Assembly: GCF_002105155.1 (NCBI RefSeq)
Contig: NW_019028998.1
Span: forward strand, 620,001 to 684,000
DNA length: 64,000 bases
Source of the DNA: Lobosporangium transversale
Lineage: Eukaryota
Direction: 5' to 3'
Notes under the pieces: generated by a model
What the model saw: only the letters and a program-made list of their open reading frames with translations
Database searches by the model: none
Told to the model about the DNA's origin: nothing
Made by a program: the position numbers and the translations under genes
Part shown: positions 51,830-63,495 of the stretch, piece by piece
Position numbering within the stretch: position 1 is the first letter of the stretch
Layout: each line of letters starts with the position of its first letter

Positions 51830-53294
51830 TTAGATAGTCAACAGCTCATTGTCAATTCTTTGAGTATTGCCACTACTGTCCTTCCAGCGAGCACTCATCC
51901 GCACTGTATTAAAACTCTTATCGTGCCAGAAATGCACCAAATTCACCCCTTGGTCCAGTTCCGCGTCGGTTTGCCAGTATGGGTGCTTAAAATAGTCGTC
52001 CTCACAGGTAAAATGAACAACCCAAGCTTCTTCTGCTGGGAGTAAACGTTTGTAAGTTAGCGTCTTGCTGATATGGTCCTTAATAGAAGTTTGACTCCCT
52101 ATAGCCAAAAGCTCGATAACAACCGTAGGTTTTCCTGCTTTCTTGATGACAATGTCAATATATTTGTGGTCCTCATGCTCACGGAGGCGCCACTGGCCAA
52201 TGATCTCATATTTTTTTGTTTTGTTTAGCCAGTTGGTGAGAACTCTCATCAATTCCGTGTCATAGACGCTTTCTCGAGGGACACTGGCGTTGTAGTCGCC
52301 CATAACCTTAACTGTTCTCCCCGAACTTTTGTATGATCGATCTTCCGCCTGCAAAATCAAGTCTTTATCGAAAAATCGAAGAGCAATCTTCATAATCTCT
52401 AGAATATCCAATGATCCTCCTCTTTTCTTTGGGGGTGACTCTGAAGGAGCGTGAGGATATTTTAATGGGATAATATATCTCCTCACAAACGAGTCAATGA
52501 ATGCTGAGGCCATACGGTAGTTACTGCCATCAAGTCTTATCAGCACCCCTTCTGCAGTTAGGAAGTCTGCCAATCTCTGTTGTTCCATGTCTGTGATAGA
52601 TATATCGCCGAGATACCCAATAAAATCTGTTCGGAGAAGATTAACAGCATCTGTAGCTGATTCATTCAAAAGTGAATCGACCATCCTTCTGAAAGTATGG
52701 TACGAAAGCATCCTCTTATTCTGATTGTCTGTGGAGAAGTCCTGCCATGTATCGTAATCGAGACATTTCGTCGAGCCGTTGACTTTCGAGCGAAGATCCT
52801 CATGAATGGAGCGTCCACAAAGACAAATCATTCCTGGATGACTATTGACATTGAGCACAATTCATTGTATTAGAATGGCACATCAACTCGTGGAGAGTTA
52901 ACTAAGCTTAAAAAACATACCCATTTGACTTCGAGTGTACGTCTCGCATCACCAAAAGTTCTCCAGAAAACAGACTCATTATTGCGAACGTTAACTTCCT
53001 CAAATGATAGTCTAAATGAAAAATATAAGGTCAGTACCGGTACAATAGCGCATACATTGCATCCACTTTATCCATTTTCGCGGAAGTTGGCTTACGGGAG
53101 GCAGCGATACCCAAAGTCAGTTAATTGGGTGATAAGTCGATACAACCATGTTGTTTTTCCAGAGGCACGTGCGCCTATGAGCATCACTAAATCGCGGCGA
53201 AAAACGCTCTGTAGTATTTCCTTATTTTTGTCATGGTCCGCAGGATCCACATAGTAGACTTTATTAACATCGTCGAATCTGATCGGTCCATTGA
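51830..53294 (-). pseudogene. Second NTPase + nuclease cassette, right-arm copy
   Basis: The 342-aa and 105-aa ORFs are identical to 38564-39592 and 38013-38330. Confidence 0.7.
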
Positions 53295-53694
53295 CTGTCC
53301 GGAATGTAATGAGACAGACCATGGCGATTATAAATTGAGGTTCATTCTGCTTCTTTCTGCTCCAAATCATACTTTTAACCTGCTTTTTTTTTATTTTTTT
53401 TTTCATCATGTACCAGAGATATTCGAGCTCTGCCTGCTAGATCCCTGCATCTGGGTATCCCACGGGGCCAACAGAGCTTACGAGGAGGACTGTGTTCAAG
53501 ATGAGTAAGGATGACCTTTCCCAGGCTTGTGAGAGTGCAGGAGGATCATTTGTGATGCGCACTCACACGCTGGAAGAGCACGCACAGTTTTCCAAGAAGG
53601 TGCGATCTCCGCACCAAGAGAGTTCAACAAAATAAACTGGGTTGTTACAAACGTTTATGTGAATGAATAAGCTTTTTTTATTTTCTGAAAACAA

Positions 53695-56600
53695 TTAGTC
53701 GCCATCTTGCAGTGTTAAGGACGATTCTTGCTCGTTGGATTTGATCTTCTTTTCTCTTCCATGCTCAATTGCCTCTCCACTTCTCTTGATGGAATCCAAT
53801 AGCTCAATCTCGTTCTCATGAAAGTATTCGGCAATGTTGCCCTCATCTATCACCATTAGAGCCTGCCTTGAATCTGGGGGATGCATGGTCTTATTTTTAT
53901 CTGACAATTTTCCAGGATACATTAACAACAAGCTAAGATACCTTTCATTCGGAGGGCAAAAGCGGTCAAAGTTGGGCAAATGGTGTACATTGATCGCGTC
54001 GCGGCTAATTGTCTCTAAGGCGTGTGCTGCTTTCATACCATCAAGCTTCTTCACGAATTTGAGCTGGACAAATACGGGGTACATCTTTTTGTTGATCTTG
54101 AGAATAAACACAATGTCTGGACCAGTGATTTCGTCCGTGGGGAAATAAAATGGAGGAATCTCTCTTTTATCAATCCTCGAATCATGGTCGAAATGGGCCT
54201 CCAAGAATTGCTCCATAGTCAAGTCACTGCAATCAGCTCCAATGCGGGATTTTTTCCATCCAACTATGGTGGCTTCGTGATCAACCAGATCCAGAGGTGC
54301 ATTTTTTGGAAACATCTTTTTCGCAAGCGTCTTGTTGTGGAAGATGTTGATCAAGCTCAAAGGAACTTGACACTCCCAAAATTTTCCATGTATTTTGGGG
54401 TCTTTAGTGAATGTCCAAAAGGTAACTATCATGTTGTGAAATCCAGGGTCTGATTTTTGAAAGTAATTGTGGACTGCAAGAAACACAAATGGTTCGTCGA
54501 TCACTGTACGATATTCTGACGATTTTGACTTGATAAACTCCATCCTACCAAGCGCCGATTCTACAAGTTGGGGAAGTTCCTTAGCGATAACAGTTTGTAC
54601 TCCAAATAACACCATGCGAACAAGTGCTATTTGACGAGATAGAGCATCTCAGATTTCTCCCACATTAAGCGCTTCATAGCGTGATGAAAGTCAGAGCATA
54701 AGTTCCCCCTTTTCCTCTGGTTCAAATCATCAGGGCAAGTTGCTAGCCTTTGTTGCACGTCCTTTATCTCCTTCATCCAGATTGGCTCTTCTTGAGATCC
54801 TGGCTCATTTTGCTCCCTTTTAGTCTCCTCGATCGCATTGTGCTTCCATATAGTTCCCTCGATCACGCTGATAATGGGTCGGAATCGGCCTCGGAGGAGT
54901 CGGTACATCGTATCGACTGCAGCTGGCGGTATCATTTCATCGATTTTTTCACGACCTGTAGTCACTTGATCTTTAAGACGCTCTAAGTATTCGGTGATTT
55001 GTGCTATACTACTCCATCCAGAAAAATTGGTGATACGATAGGATTGACCTCCATCCGGTTCCTTGGTACCTTTGGCTTCTGCGCCAGAATCCTCCAACCA
55101 TTGAAGGTCATTAAGACTAAGGCCAGTCCCACACGGAATGATACAAACATGTTGCGAATCCGTGGTTACTGTTTCAAGGCCATGGACTACAGGCGATAGT
55201 AATGGCCTCGGTCTGCTATCGGGTAGGTTCGATTGGAATCGTTTCTCAAATACTCGGCTGAAATTCTGAGCCTCATCAACTACAATCAGAATTTTGGTCG
55301 ATGGATTCAGTTGACTTTGAACTTGTTCAAAAGCTTTTTGAACGACACGGCATACGTTCCCTCTTCCAACACCTCCCCTGTGGAAGCCTGCGGCTATAGT
55401 ATTGAAAAGCTTGTCAAAAATATCGGGTACCTCCTTGCTGAAAGCTGAGGGGCAAACCTGCAAGAGCATCAAGCTTTCACAAGTTAGGTTTTTGTTCAAT
55501 CCCAGACAGTGTTGGAAGATCAGTAGTCTTGACAGGAGTAGGCAGTGCGTGATTGCTTGTGTGTTAAGGCCATTTTCTGCCTTATCTTGATTATTATATA
55601 ACCGTTCCAAATTTGCCTCTTGCATAAACTTAGCAAGCGATGTCAAGTCATTGGATCCTCTATCGGTGCTGCTGGCGTTCAAATAGATGCCCCATTTCTG
55701 GGAAAGAATCTCGATGACAGTCCTGGTCTTCCCGCAACCACTAACTCCAAACAATGATAGTTGACGAGGATCATCTTCATAAATTTTTTTGATTGCCTCT
55801 TCACATGGATGGTATATAGTGTTATTGAGAGATGTCGATGGGCTAAGGAGAAGAAGACTTGGCCATTCTTTTTTCTCGCTTGGCGCTCCTCTCCTAGGGA
55901 CTTTCGGAAGACCTGACACAACTCCCCCAGTCAGTGGAAGTTTAAGGTCACCATTGGCGTATGATTCTAGGAATTGCTTGACCTTTCCCTGGAAGAATTC
56001 CTTCTTGATTCTCTCAAGCCAGAGTCTCTCTAGATATGACATGTGACGGACAATGTTAATATGCCGTAAAAACTAATGTGCTATATAACCCGTAATATAA
56101 CCCGACAAATCTCTTACCATCCTCATCATTTAGTTCTAAAGCTCTTGGACCTAAGTATCCATAATGTTTCAAGAAAAGGCGTTAGAATAAGCTGCAGCAT
56201 GTAGCAAAAGATTAAACGAGAAATTGACTCAATCCACAACCACAAAAAAAAGAAAAGAAAGGGCATTAGGAATAGGCTCCGGGTGTGCAAACTCAATCAA
56301 AAGACCCAAGGAATGAATACAGAGCATCTGCGATGCTGAAAGTCTACTTGAGAAATAGACTCATTTACTGTTGACTTGAGAACTCGTACCTGCAAAGGAT
56401 CCTAACAATTGCAACAGCAATAAAATAAATAAACATGTTAGCATGAACAGTAATGTTGATCGTCATGCACAGGAGTTTAAGCTCCATCTGGCTGAAAATA
56501 TCAGTAGCCAGCCCATCAAGAGCTACCTTGTGATGGCCGCTGAATAATGACGTGTATGGTTTTCTTCGCTGGAGCAGAACCAAAGACCTCAGAGATCTCG

Positions 56601-56842
56601 CTTGTTGCTCTGGTGAGTAGCTCCTTTGATTCAATATTGGCGAGATTGATTGTAGCGCCCTCATCAGGAACAGAGATGTGAAAGAGATTCAATTTGTCGG
56701 CATCAATCTCTCGGAAGTCGTTTTCTTTTTCCTTCTTGATTGCTTTTTTGAGAGCAGCAATTGAGTCATCAGCATCCAATTGGACTTCAAATGCGGAAGA
56801 GTCGCCGTCGAGAATACAAAAGAGCTTAATTTTTTGAGTCAT
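53695..56842 (-). pseudogene. CRN-family gene, right-arm copy; diverged and disrupted at ~54627-54672
   Basis: Identical header; ~14 amino-acid differences; deletions of 1+8+1 nt give a premature TAG. Confidence 0.8.
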
Positions 56843-56862
56843 CTTGGTTTAATTGCGTACTG

Positions 56863-56896
<34 letters not shown>

Positions 56897-57619
56897 TTGT
56901 CAGTAAATCAGCAAAGAGCGAATTTGATTAAAGTGAACTGAGCAAGAATGTTGGCGTTAATGTGAAGATTGAAAGAGAAATGCTTAGAGGAAGAGGGATG
57001 AAAGAAAGAAAAGATGGATGTGTGAGAAAAAAAAAGAGTGGCAATAGGATGTGCTCACTAAAAATAAAATTACGTACACGCGTTTTTATTCCCATCATCC
57101 ATCATACAATTATATACATACATTTTCCTCTCTATTGCTTGATTATCCTTCAGAATCTTTGTTTTCGCACCTTAACTACACGTTAAACATTTAATTCAAG
57201 GTTATATCTATTTTTTTTATCTCTTTCTTTACATCTTTAATTTTTGCTCCTCCATGTGCACCTCTTTCTCTCTCTCTAGACACCTCTTACTCTCTCTTTC
57301 CTCGCTTATTTTGTCCATTATTTTTTTATTTTCCTCACCAATTTTTTTCACTTTTATCTCTCAGCACACATTCCCTGCCCATTTTTTATTTCATACTCTG
57401 TGCACCTATCTCTCTCTCGCTCTCTTTGCACAGCTTTTTCTCATTCTGTGAATCAATCATTTCAATTTACTTTCGCACACCGATTTCCTTTCCTTATACG
57501 CACCCATTTTCCCTGCTCACTGATTTTTCCTTCGCTTCCTCTGTTCTAGTTTTCCTCACTCAGTACACACCTAATTTCCTCCCATTTGTATTTTCCTTTC
57601 ATTGCGTTCCCATTATTTT

Positions 57620-57718
<99 letters not shown>

Positions 57719-58871
57719 ACCGTTAGAACGTGAAGGCCTCACATCTGTGCCAATCTTTCATTGACGCTATTATCCAATCGACATTCGTAAGTCTTTATCA
57801 TTTCGGTGGTTTCCGTCCCTGGTAATCTCTGCATTAATTTGGTGTTCCTGGACAGTCTGCATTATCATGTCTGCGTGCGAAGGTAATGTAATGTGCTTTA
57901 TTTCATACAGTGGCTTCCAAAATTGTCCACATGTTCCGCGCCCATGTTTTCCATCTTGATAAGAATAATAGCGATGTTTGCTTGCACTTTTATTTTTATT
58001 AGAATAAACAAGCATGCCAATGTTAAGTGCAGTGCTCCTATTTGGTTCGAACGGTTCGAATTCGAACAGCTTCGAATGCATTCGATTCGAATAAGCCTTA
58101 TCCAGGTTCGATTCGAATGGTTCGAATGGTTCGAATAGGAGCGTGGTGGTTTGAATTGCGACGTGTTATGACTGATATAGCTCATAGCCCTGGTTCAGAG
58201 TTGTATTGCAAAAAGTTTTATTTGATTTGCTAGTATTGAGAGATGCTTATACTCTTATTTAGAAAACTATATAAGGCTCAATCAAGGCATCTCTTTCAAC
58301 CAGTGCTCCTATTCGATTCGAATGGTTTGAATGGCTCGAATCATTTGAACCATTCGAATAGCATTCGAATCCTGTTATCTATTCGTATTCGAATCGAATT
58401 CGATATCAGGCAAATTCGATTCGAATGGTTCGAATAGGAGCACTGGTCCGGGACAGTTACCTTGGGAAAACCAAACTGGACGTGATGGAGCGGCTAGGTG
58501 GGATGAAGTTTTTGATGACTATGGATAGTGGATAATTTGTCGCGTTGCGCAACAGGCCACGTCGGAAAGGTGGACTTTGTCGTATACCAGCCACCAAGTC
58601 AGAAGCTCGTCACGTGATTCGAGGCCAAGCAAGTCACGAACTAACGCCACCACGGCTCGGTTCAGGTCTGAGTCATAGCATGTGAAAGCATATGACTCAT
58701 TGATAAGCATAGCCTATGACTCAATGATAAGCATAGCCTATGACTCATTGATAAACATAGCCCATCGATAAGCATTGCCCATGAGTCATCGATAGGTACA
58801 GCCCTATGACTCACTGATAAGCATAGCCCATGAATAACATATAAATAGAGACGCATTCCCCACCTAGTTTA

Positions 58872-60474
58872 TGGTGCGTGCCAAAACTGATGCAATAATT
58901 TGCATTTTTTAACATTCATTCCTCATTCTCCTTTTCCTTTCTAATGATCTTCCCTACCATCACCGCTTCTCATTCTCATTTGTCTCACCTTCGTAGACTG
59001 TCATCGCTGTTCTCATCAATGACGCAATTAGCGAATAATCGCCATTTGTATAGTCATGTCTCATTGCATCAGTTTTGGTAAAAAGTACATGTCAGGTTTG
59101 TCCATCCCTTACTTCTTTCTTATTCTTTATTCTTTCTTTATAGCACCATCACCACTGATACACCAAGCGACACTCTACATATCTGCCATATCTTTATCAT
59201 AACATGAAATCATTATCCAAATCAACTATCCAAAATGCAACTGCTCTACTTCACCAGGGAAAGTCTTCCAGAGAAGTGTCAAAGAGTTTAGGGATATCTG
59301 TTACCTCAGCTCAAAGGATTAGGAAAAGAGGCAAAGAAAGTATTCCAGTGCTGAGAGGGGGCCGACCCTGCAAAGTTACTAAGAAAACGAAGCAGCTTTT
59401 ATCAAGATTTTTTGACATGGGTGTATTGGAGACCCTAAAAGATGGCCAACAACTTGTTCAATTGAGGGAAGGAGTGCAGGTTAGTAAATCGAGCATCAGG
59501 AGGTTCCTTATGCAGGATGATATGGGGGCATATGTAAAACAGAAGCAGCCTGATCTGACGAAGAAGCAAATCTATGCTCGATATAATTTTGCAAAGGATC
59601 ACTTGGACAGGACTCTAGAAGACTGGAAGAACGTCATGTTCTCAGATGAGACCATCTTTAGCAGAGTTGGGTCCTGCGGAAGAAAGTACTACTACAAGCA
59701 TCGATGGGATAAAACTCTACGAGCACATCATATCAAAAAGACAAGGCAAGGCGGTGGAGGCAAAATGATGTTCTGGGGTTGTATAACTTACTACGGACCA
59801 GGCGATGGCTGCTGGCTCCAAGAGAAGGTGGATTCGGTGACATACGTCGACGTTCTCAAGGATTATATCTTTAAGTCCAGGGATTACTACTTGATGGATA
59901 AGGACAAATTTATATTTCAGCAGGACAATGCTAGGATTCATACCGGAAGAATAGCAATGACCTATATCCAAAAGTCTAAGATACCTCTCATGGAATGGCC
60001 AGCAAACTCTCCTGACATCAACCCAATAGAAAACATATGGGCATACATGAAGGTGCAGTTGGATCATTATCCAGACAAGGCAAAGAATATGGAGGATCTC
60101 TGGGAGAGAGTCCAAGACGTATGGACACATATCCCTCCTGAATTCTTACACAAACTATACTGCGGTATGCCGAAGAGGATGAGGGAGTTATATAAGGCTA
60201 AAGGAGGGAACATCGTTAGGGGAAAGGAGAAGTAACAGGAATAAATAAAAACAAGAAGTTGTTAATTGCCATAATAGATGCAATGAGATGTTGAAAGCAA
60301 ATTGCAATTAAATGCTAATTAGGCCACTGATGGCGATGACGATGAGACTCCATGGAGGTGAGACAAATGAGAATGAGAAACGGTGGTGGCAGGGAAGATC
60401 ATAAAGAGGAAGAAGGAGAATGAGGAATGAATGTTGAAAAATGCAATTTATTGCATCAGTTTTGGCACGCACTA
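58872..60474 (+). mobile_element. Tc1-family transposon with long imperfect TIRs
   Basis: TGGTGCGTGCCAAAACTGATGCAATAA / TTATTGCATCAGTTTTGGCACGCACTA; TA duplication confirmed by the empty site in the left-arm LTR. Confidence 0.93.
59204..60235 (+). CDS. Tc1 DD34E transposase, intact ORF
   Basis: HTH region, GGRP, FSDET, FQQDNARIH and WPANSPDINPIE; 34 residues between the second D and E. Confidence 0.95.
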   Translation: MKSLSKSTIQNATALLHQGKSSREVSKSLGISVTSAQRIRKRGKESIPVLRGGRPCKVTKKTKQLLSRFFDMGVLETLKDGQQLVQLREGVQVSKSSIRRFLMQDDMGAYVKQKQPDLTKKQIYARYNFAKDHLDRTLEDWKNVMFSDETIFSRVGSCGRKYYYKHRWDKTLRAHHIKKTRQGGGGKMMFWGCITYYGPGDGCWLQEKVDSVTYVDVLKDYIFKSRDYYLMDKDKFIFQQDNARIHTGRIAMTYIQKSKIPLMEWPANSPDINPIENIWAYMKVQLDHYPDKAKNMEDLWERVQDVWTHIPPEFLHKLYCGMPKRMRELYKAKGGNIVRGKEK

Positions 60475-60541
60475 TAGTTCCTTACCTGATATCTTGAATA
60501 AAACTCCTAAGCTTTCCTTGACCCTTGTTCCTGTTCACATA

Positions 60542-62145
60542 CAGTGGTCATCAAAAGTCATTCAATGAATTAGGAATTTCGACATTCTCATTCCTTTCTC
60601 CAATTTGATCTTGCTTGTCGCTAATGAAACTTACGTAGCGAGTTTGACCATCGACAACGTCACTCCTACTACAATGTCAATGAGCTCCTGTTGCTAATTG
60701 AAAATTTAGATGAATGCCAATTATTGGCATCTCATTGAATGACATTTGAAGAAAATCAGGAGCTTTGCTTTATTTGTTTTTTTTTTCTGTTCTTCAGTAA
60801 TGTGTACGACCTCCTTTCATGCGATGTAGCTCCTCTACCCTTCGTGGCATACTTTCATATAGCTCATCAAGGAAGTCAGGTGGAATAGATGTCCAGATAT
60901 CCTGTAGTCTTTCCCATAGTTCATCCGGATCCTTTGGTACCTTCTCATATCCCTTGAGCCGATGATCCATGTAGGCCCATACATTCTCGATAGGGTTGAG
61001 GTCAGGAGAATTTGGAGGCCACTCCAAAGTGGTAATGTGTGACTTAATTAAGAACTCTTTAACCATCCTACTCGTATGAACACTTGCATTGTCCTGCTGA
61101 AAAATTAACTTTTCAGGGTCCTGGCCATACCACTTCCACGAGCCGAGGACATAATCTTGTAGAACATCAACATATGAAGAGGAATCAACTGTGACAGGGA
61201 TCCTGCAACCATCGCCTACACCATGATAAGTGATACAGCCCCACCACATAAGTTTGTTATGTGCTCCCCTTGATCTCTCTCTAACATCTCGATCTTCTAA
61301 AGTCCTGTGGCCGGGTCGCCTATATTGTGTTCTTCCTCCTAAGGACCCTAGCCTTTCAAAAAGCTTTTCGTCCGAGAACATCACTCGCTTCCAGTCATCA
61401 ACAGTCCAGTCAAGGTGGTTGAGGGCAAAATTCTTCCTTTTCGCAATCTGCATTTTTGTCAGCCTAGGCTTGAATGGGCGGACATAGTTTTTCAAACCCT
61501 CTGATTTTACATAGCGTCGGGCAGTCTCTACACTGACATGCACTCCATGACTCGATCTGATGTATTCTTGAACTGCCAGAATGGATCTAAGTTTCCCCGT
61601 ATCAACCTCGCGTGCAATTGCCCTCTTGGTAGCAGGGGAAACCAATGAGGGTCTGCCCATTCTGGGTTTAGGAATATTGTCCTTGACGTCCCTCCTGATC
61701 CTTATTGCCGATGGAATAGAGATACCAAGTTTCCTTGCCACTTCGCTTGTAGACTTCCCTTGTCGAAGTAAGGCCTGAGCATTGTGTACCTTTTCCATAG
61801 AAAGCGTCCTCATAATAAATACTAAACGATGTGGAATGTTAATTGTAAGTAGAGGTGTAAGAAGATATAGCTGAAGGTAACCTTGGTAGAAAAAAGAGAA
61901 GTGAAAAAGTTTTTTTTGCAATCAACATTGAAATTCAGCAGAAGTCATTCAATAGGCAGGTCAAATTGAAATTGGTTTTATTTCACAATGAAGTCATAAT
62001 TGGGAATGAGACATGAAAGTAATCATGAGGTGTGGGGAACAAATGCACTACCCCAAATATACTAGCCACATGCTAGATGAGAATGAAGAAAAGGAATGAG
62101 AATGTTAAAAATTCAAAATCATTGAATGACTTTTGATGACCACTG
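60542..62145 (-). mobile_element. Second Tc1-family transposon
   Basis: TIR CAGTGGTCATCAAAAGTCATTCAATGA at both ends; TA duplication; empty site present in the left-arm LTR. Confidence 0.95.
60794..61813 (-). CDS. Tc1 DD34E transposase, intact ORF
   Basis: MGRP, FSDEK, FQQDNASVH and WPPNSPDLNPIE; likely ATG at 61813. Confidence 0.95.
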   Translation of the reverse strand: MRTLSMEKVHNAQALLRQGKSTSEVARKLGISIPSAIRIRRDVKDNIPKPRMGRPSLVSPATKRAIAREVDTGKLRSILAVQEYIRSSHGVHVSVETARRYVKSEGLKNYVRPFKPRLTKMQIAKRKNFALNHLDWTVDDWKRVMFSDEKLFERLGSLGGRTQYRRPGHRTLEDRDVRERSRGAHNKLMWWGCITYHGVGDGCRIPVTVDSSSYVDVLQDYVLGSWKWYGQDPEKLIFQQDNASVHTSRMVKEFLIKSHITTLEWPPNSPDLNPIENVWAYMDHRLKGYEKVPKDPDELWERLQDIWTSIPPDFLDELYESMPRRVEELHRMKGGRTHY

Positions 62146-62614
62146 TATCTCCTACTCTCTTACATACCCACCTGCCTAGTCTGGAAAAGGTCATTCTGCC
62201 TTACCCTAAGCCTAGGTTCTCGACAGACTTTGAGTACCAACCACGGCGGCCAGGGTTTATGAAATCATGGATACAGCGGCTCTTGTCGTTTGTGCAGTAA
62301 TAGCTGTTTATTGACTATAGTTTCTGTAGCATTTTGTTCATAGAGTGTAGAAAATAAATCCCATGACCCTGAGGGTCCTTGTTATCAAAAAAAAAAATAA
62401 AAAAAAAAAAAAAAACCCCCCCGTCTTGCCTGGACGTGAGCTCAGCCACCCGATCCTCCCCGCTATAATAAATAGTGGACTCTCCGTCCCTGAAGTGTTC
62501 CTTACCTTTATCTTGGTACAACACTTCAGGTATGCAACCTCATTCATCTCAGCACTAGTTACTTGTATAGTATTATATGTATCATAAACTAATAAAGACC
62601 TTTATCTTGGTACA

Positions 62615-63029
62615 ATTTTTTTTTTTTTTTTTTTTTTTTCCTGTTAACAAGAACCCACAGAGGTGAGGAATTTTATTTCATAATCTCGCTCTAAAGTAAT
62701 GATATCGCCCTCAACTGTAAATAGTAACAATCAAAGGTGATCTTAGGTGGAATCGAAGGTCAAAGGATACTTTATTTGGCTATAACGTAGTGGACTATTT
62801 ATACTGATAATTGATAGGGTTGGGGCTTGGTGTCTTGGCACTTGGGCTTGACGTCTTGGCGCCTGGGGTGCGCGTGATAGTTGAGCCCTCCTCAAAGGTT
62901 TGAGTTCAGTATTGTATAACACGTTTGCATCAACTATGAAACAAGCGAAACTCTCATTTAGAGCGAGATTATGAAATAAAATTCCTCACCTCTGTGGGTT
63001 CTTGTTAACAGGAAAAAAAAAAAAAAAAA
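62615..63029. repeat. Inverted pair of a ~56-bp sequence with poly(A)/poly(T) tails
   Basis: 62640-62695 is the reverse complement of 62957-63012; poly(T) lies on the left and poly(A) on the right. Confidence 0.8.
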
Positions 63030-63495
63030 GAAACAAGCGAAATTCTCAAAGTTCGCACGGGATGGCTGTGAAGAGCCAATTCGTATCCATGTTTTTCTCT
63101 ACCAATGTACACCGTGATCGGTACTCGAAGTCCATCCTTCCGATGTGGCCTGTTGCGCCCGTGAAAAGCCGCGGAGGCTGGCGTGCCGACTCTAGCTAAG
63201 GACGACTTTTAATTTTTTCTATTCGATCAAATCCACTGGCATGTGGACCCAAATCTTGCGGAATTGGTCTGAAATTTCTACTTTGGACTCCGTCAAACTT
63301 TGTGATCATCGCTGTCCTAGTCAAGTGGGTGGATGGGGATGTGCTGCCAGATGTACCGCTGGTTCGGCTGGGGGGTGGAATATATACCTAAGACATGTGG
63401 CCAGCCAGGCGACTTAGGGTAGTGCACCCACGATCTTAGCCTTAGCGGAGAACACTAGGCTGTCTCGGAGAGAAAGTATAAAAACTCAAGCAAAT

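Larger units (their letters stand above)
46941..62225 (-). repeat. Right arm of the inverted duplication, including two arm-specific Tc1 insertions
   Basis: Reverse complement of 32441-44485 once 58872-60474 and 60542-62145 are removed. Confidence 0.95.
58578..62225 (+). mobile_element. Solo LTR of element C, split by two Tc1 insertions
   Basis: TGTCGTATACC...GTTCTCGACA flanked by GACTT at 58573-77 and 62226-30. Confidence 0.92.

Noticed and set aside
33010..58445. One giant hAT element defined by the outer MITE TIRs
   Set aside because: The inverted termini simply follow from the palindrome, and arm identity continues beyond them.
32441..62225. Palindrome as a pure fold-back read artefact
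   Set aside because: The unique spacer, arm-specific insertions with TSDs and clustered substitutions do not fit a mirrored read. A haplotype mis-join is still not excluded.
62480..62535. Hammerhead ribozyme in the hairpin
   Set aside because: The CUGANGA and GAAA core motifs are not present in the required arrangement on either strand.
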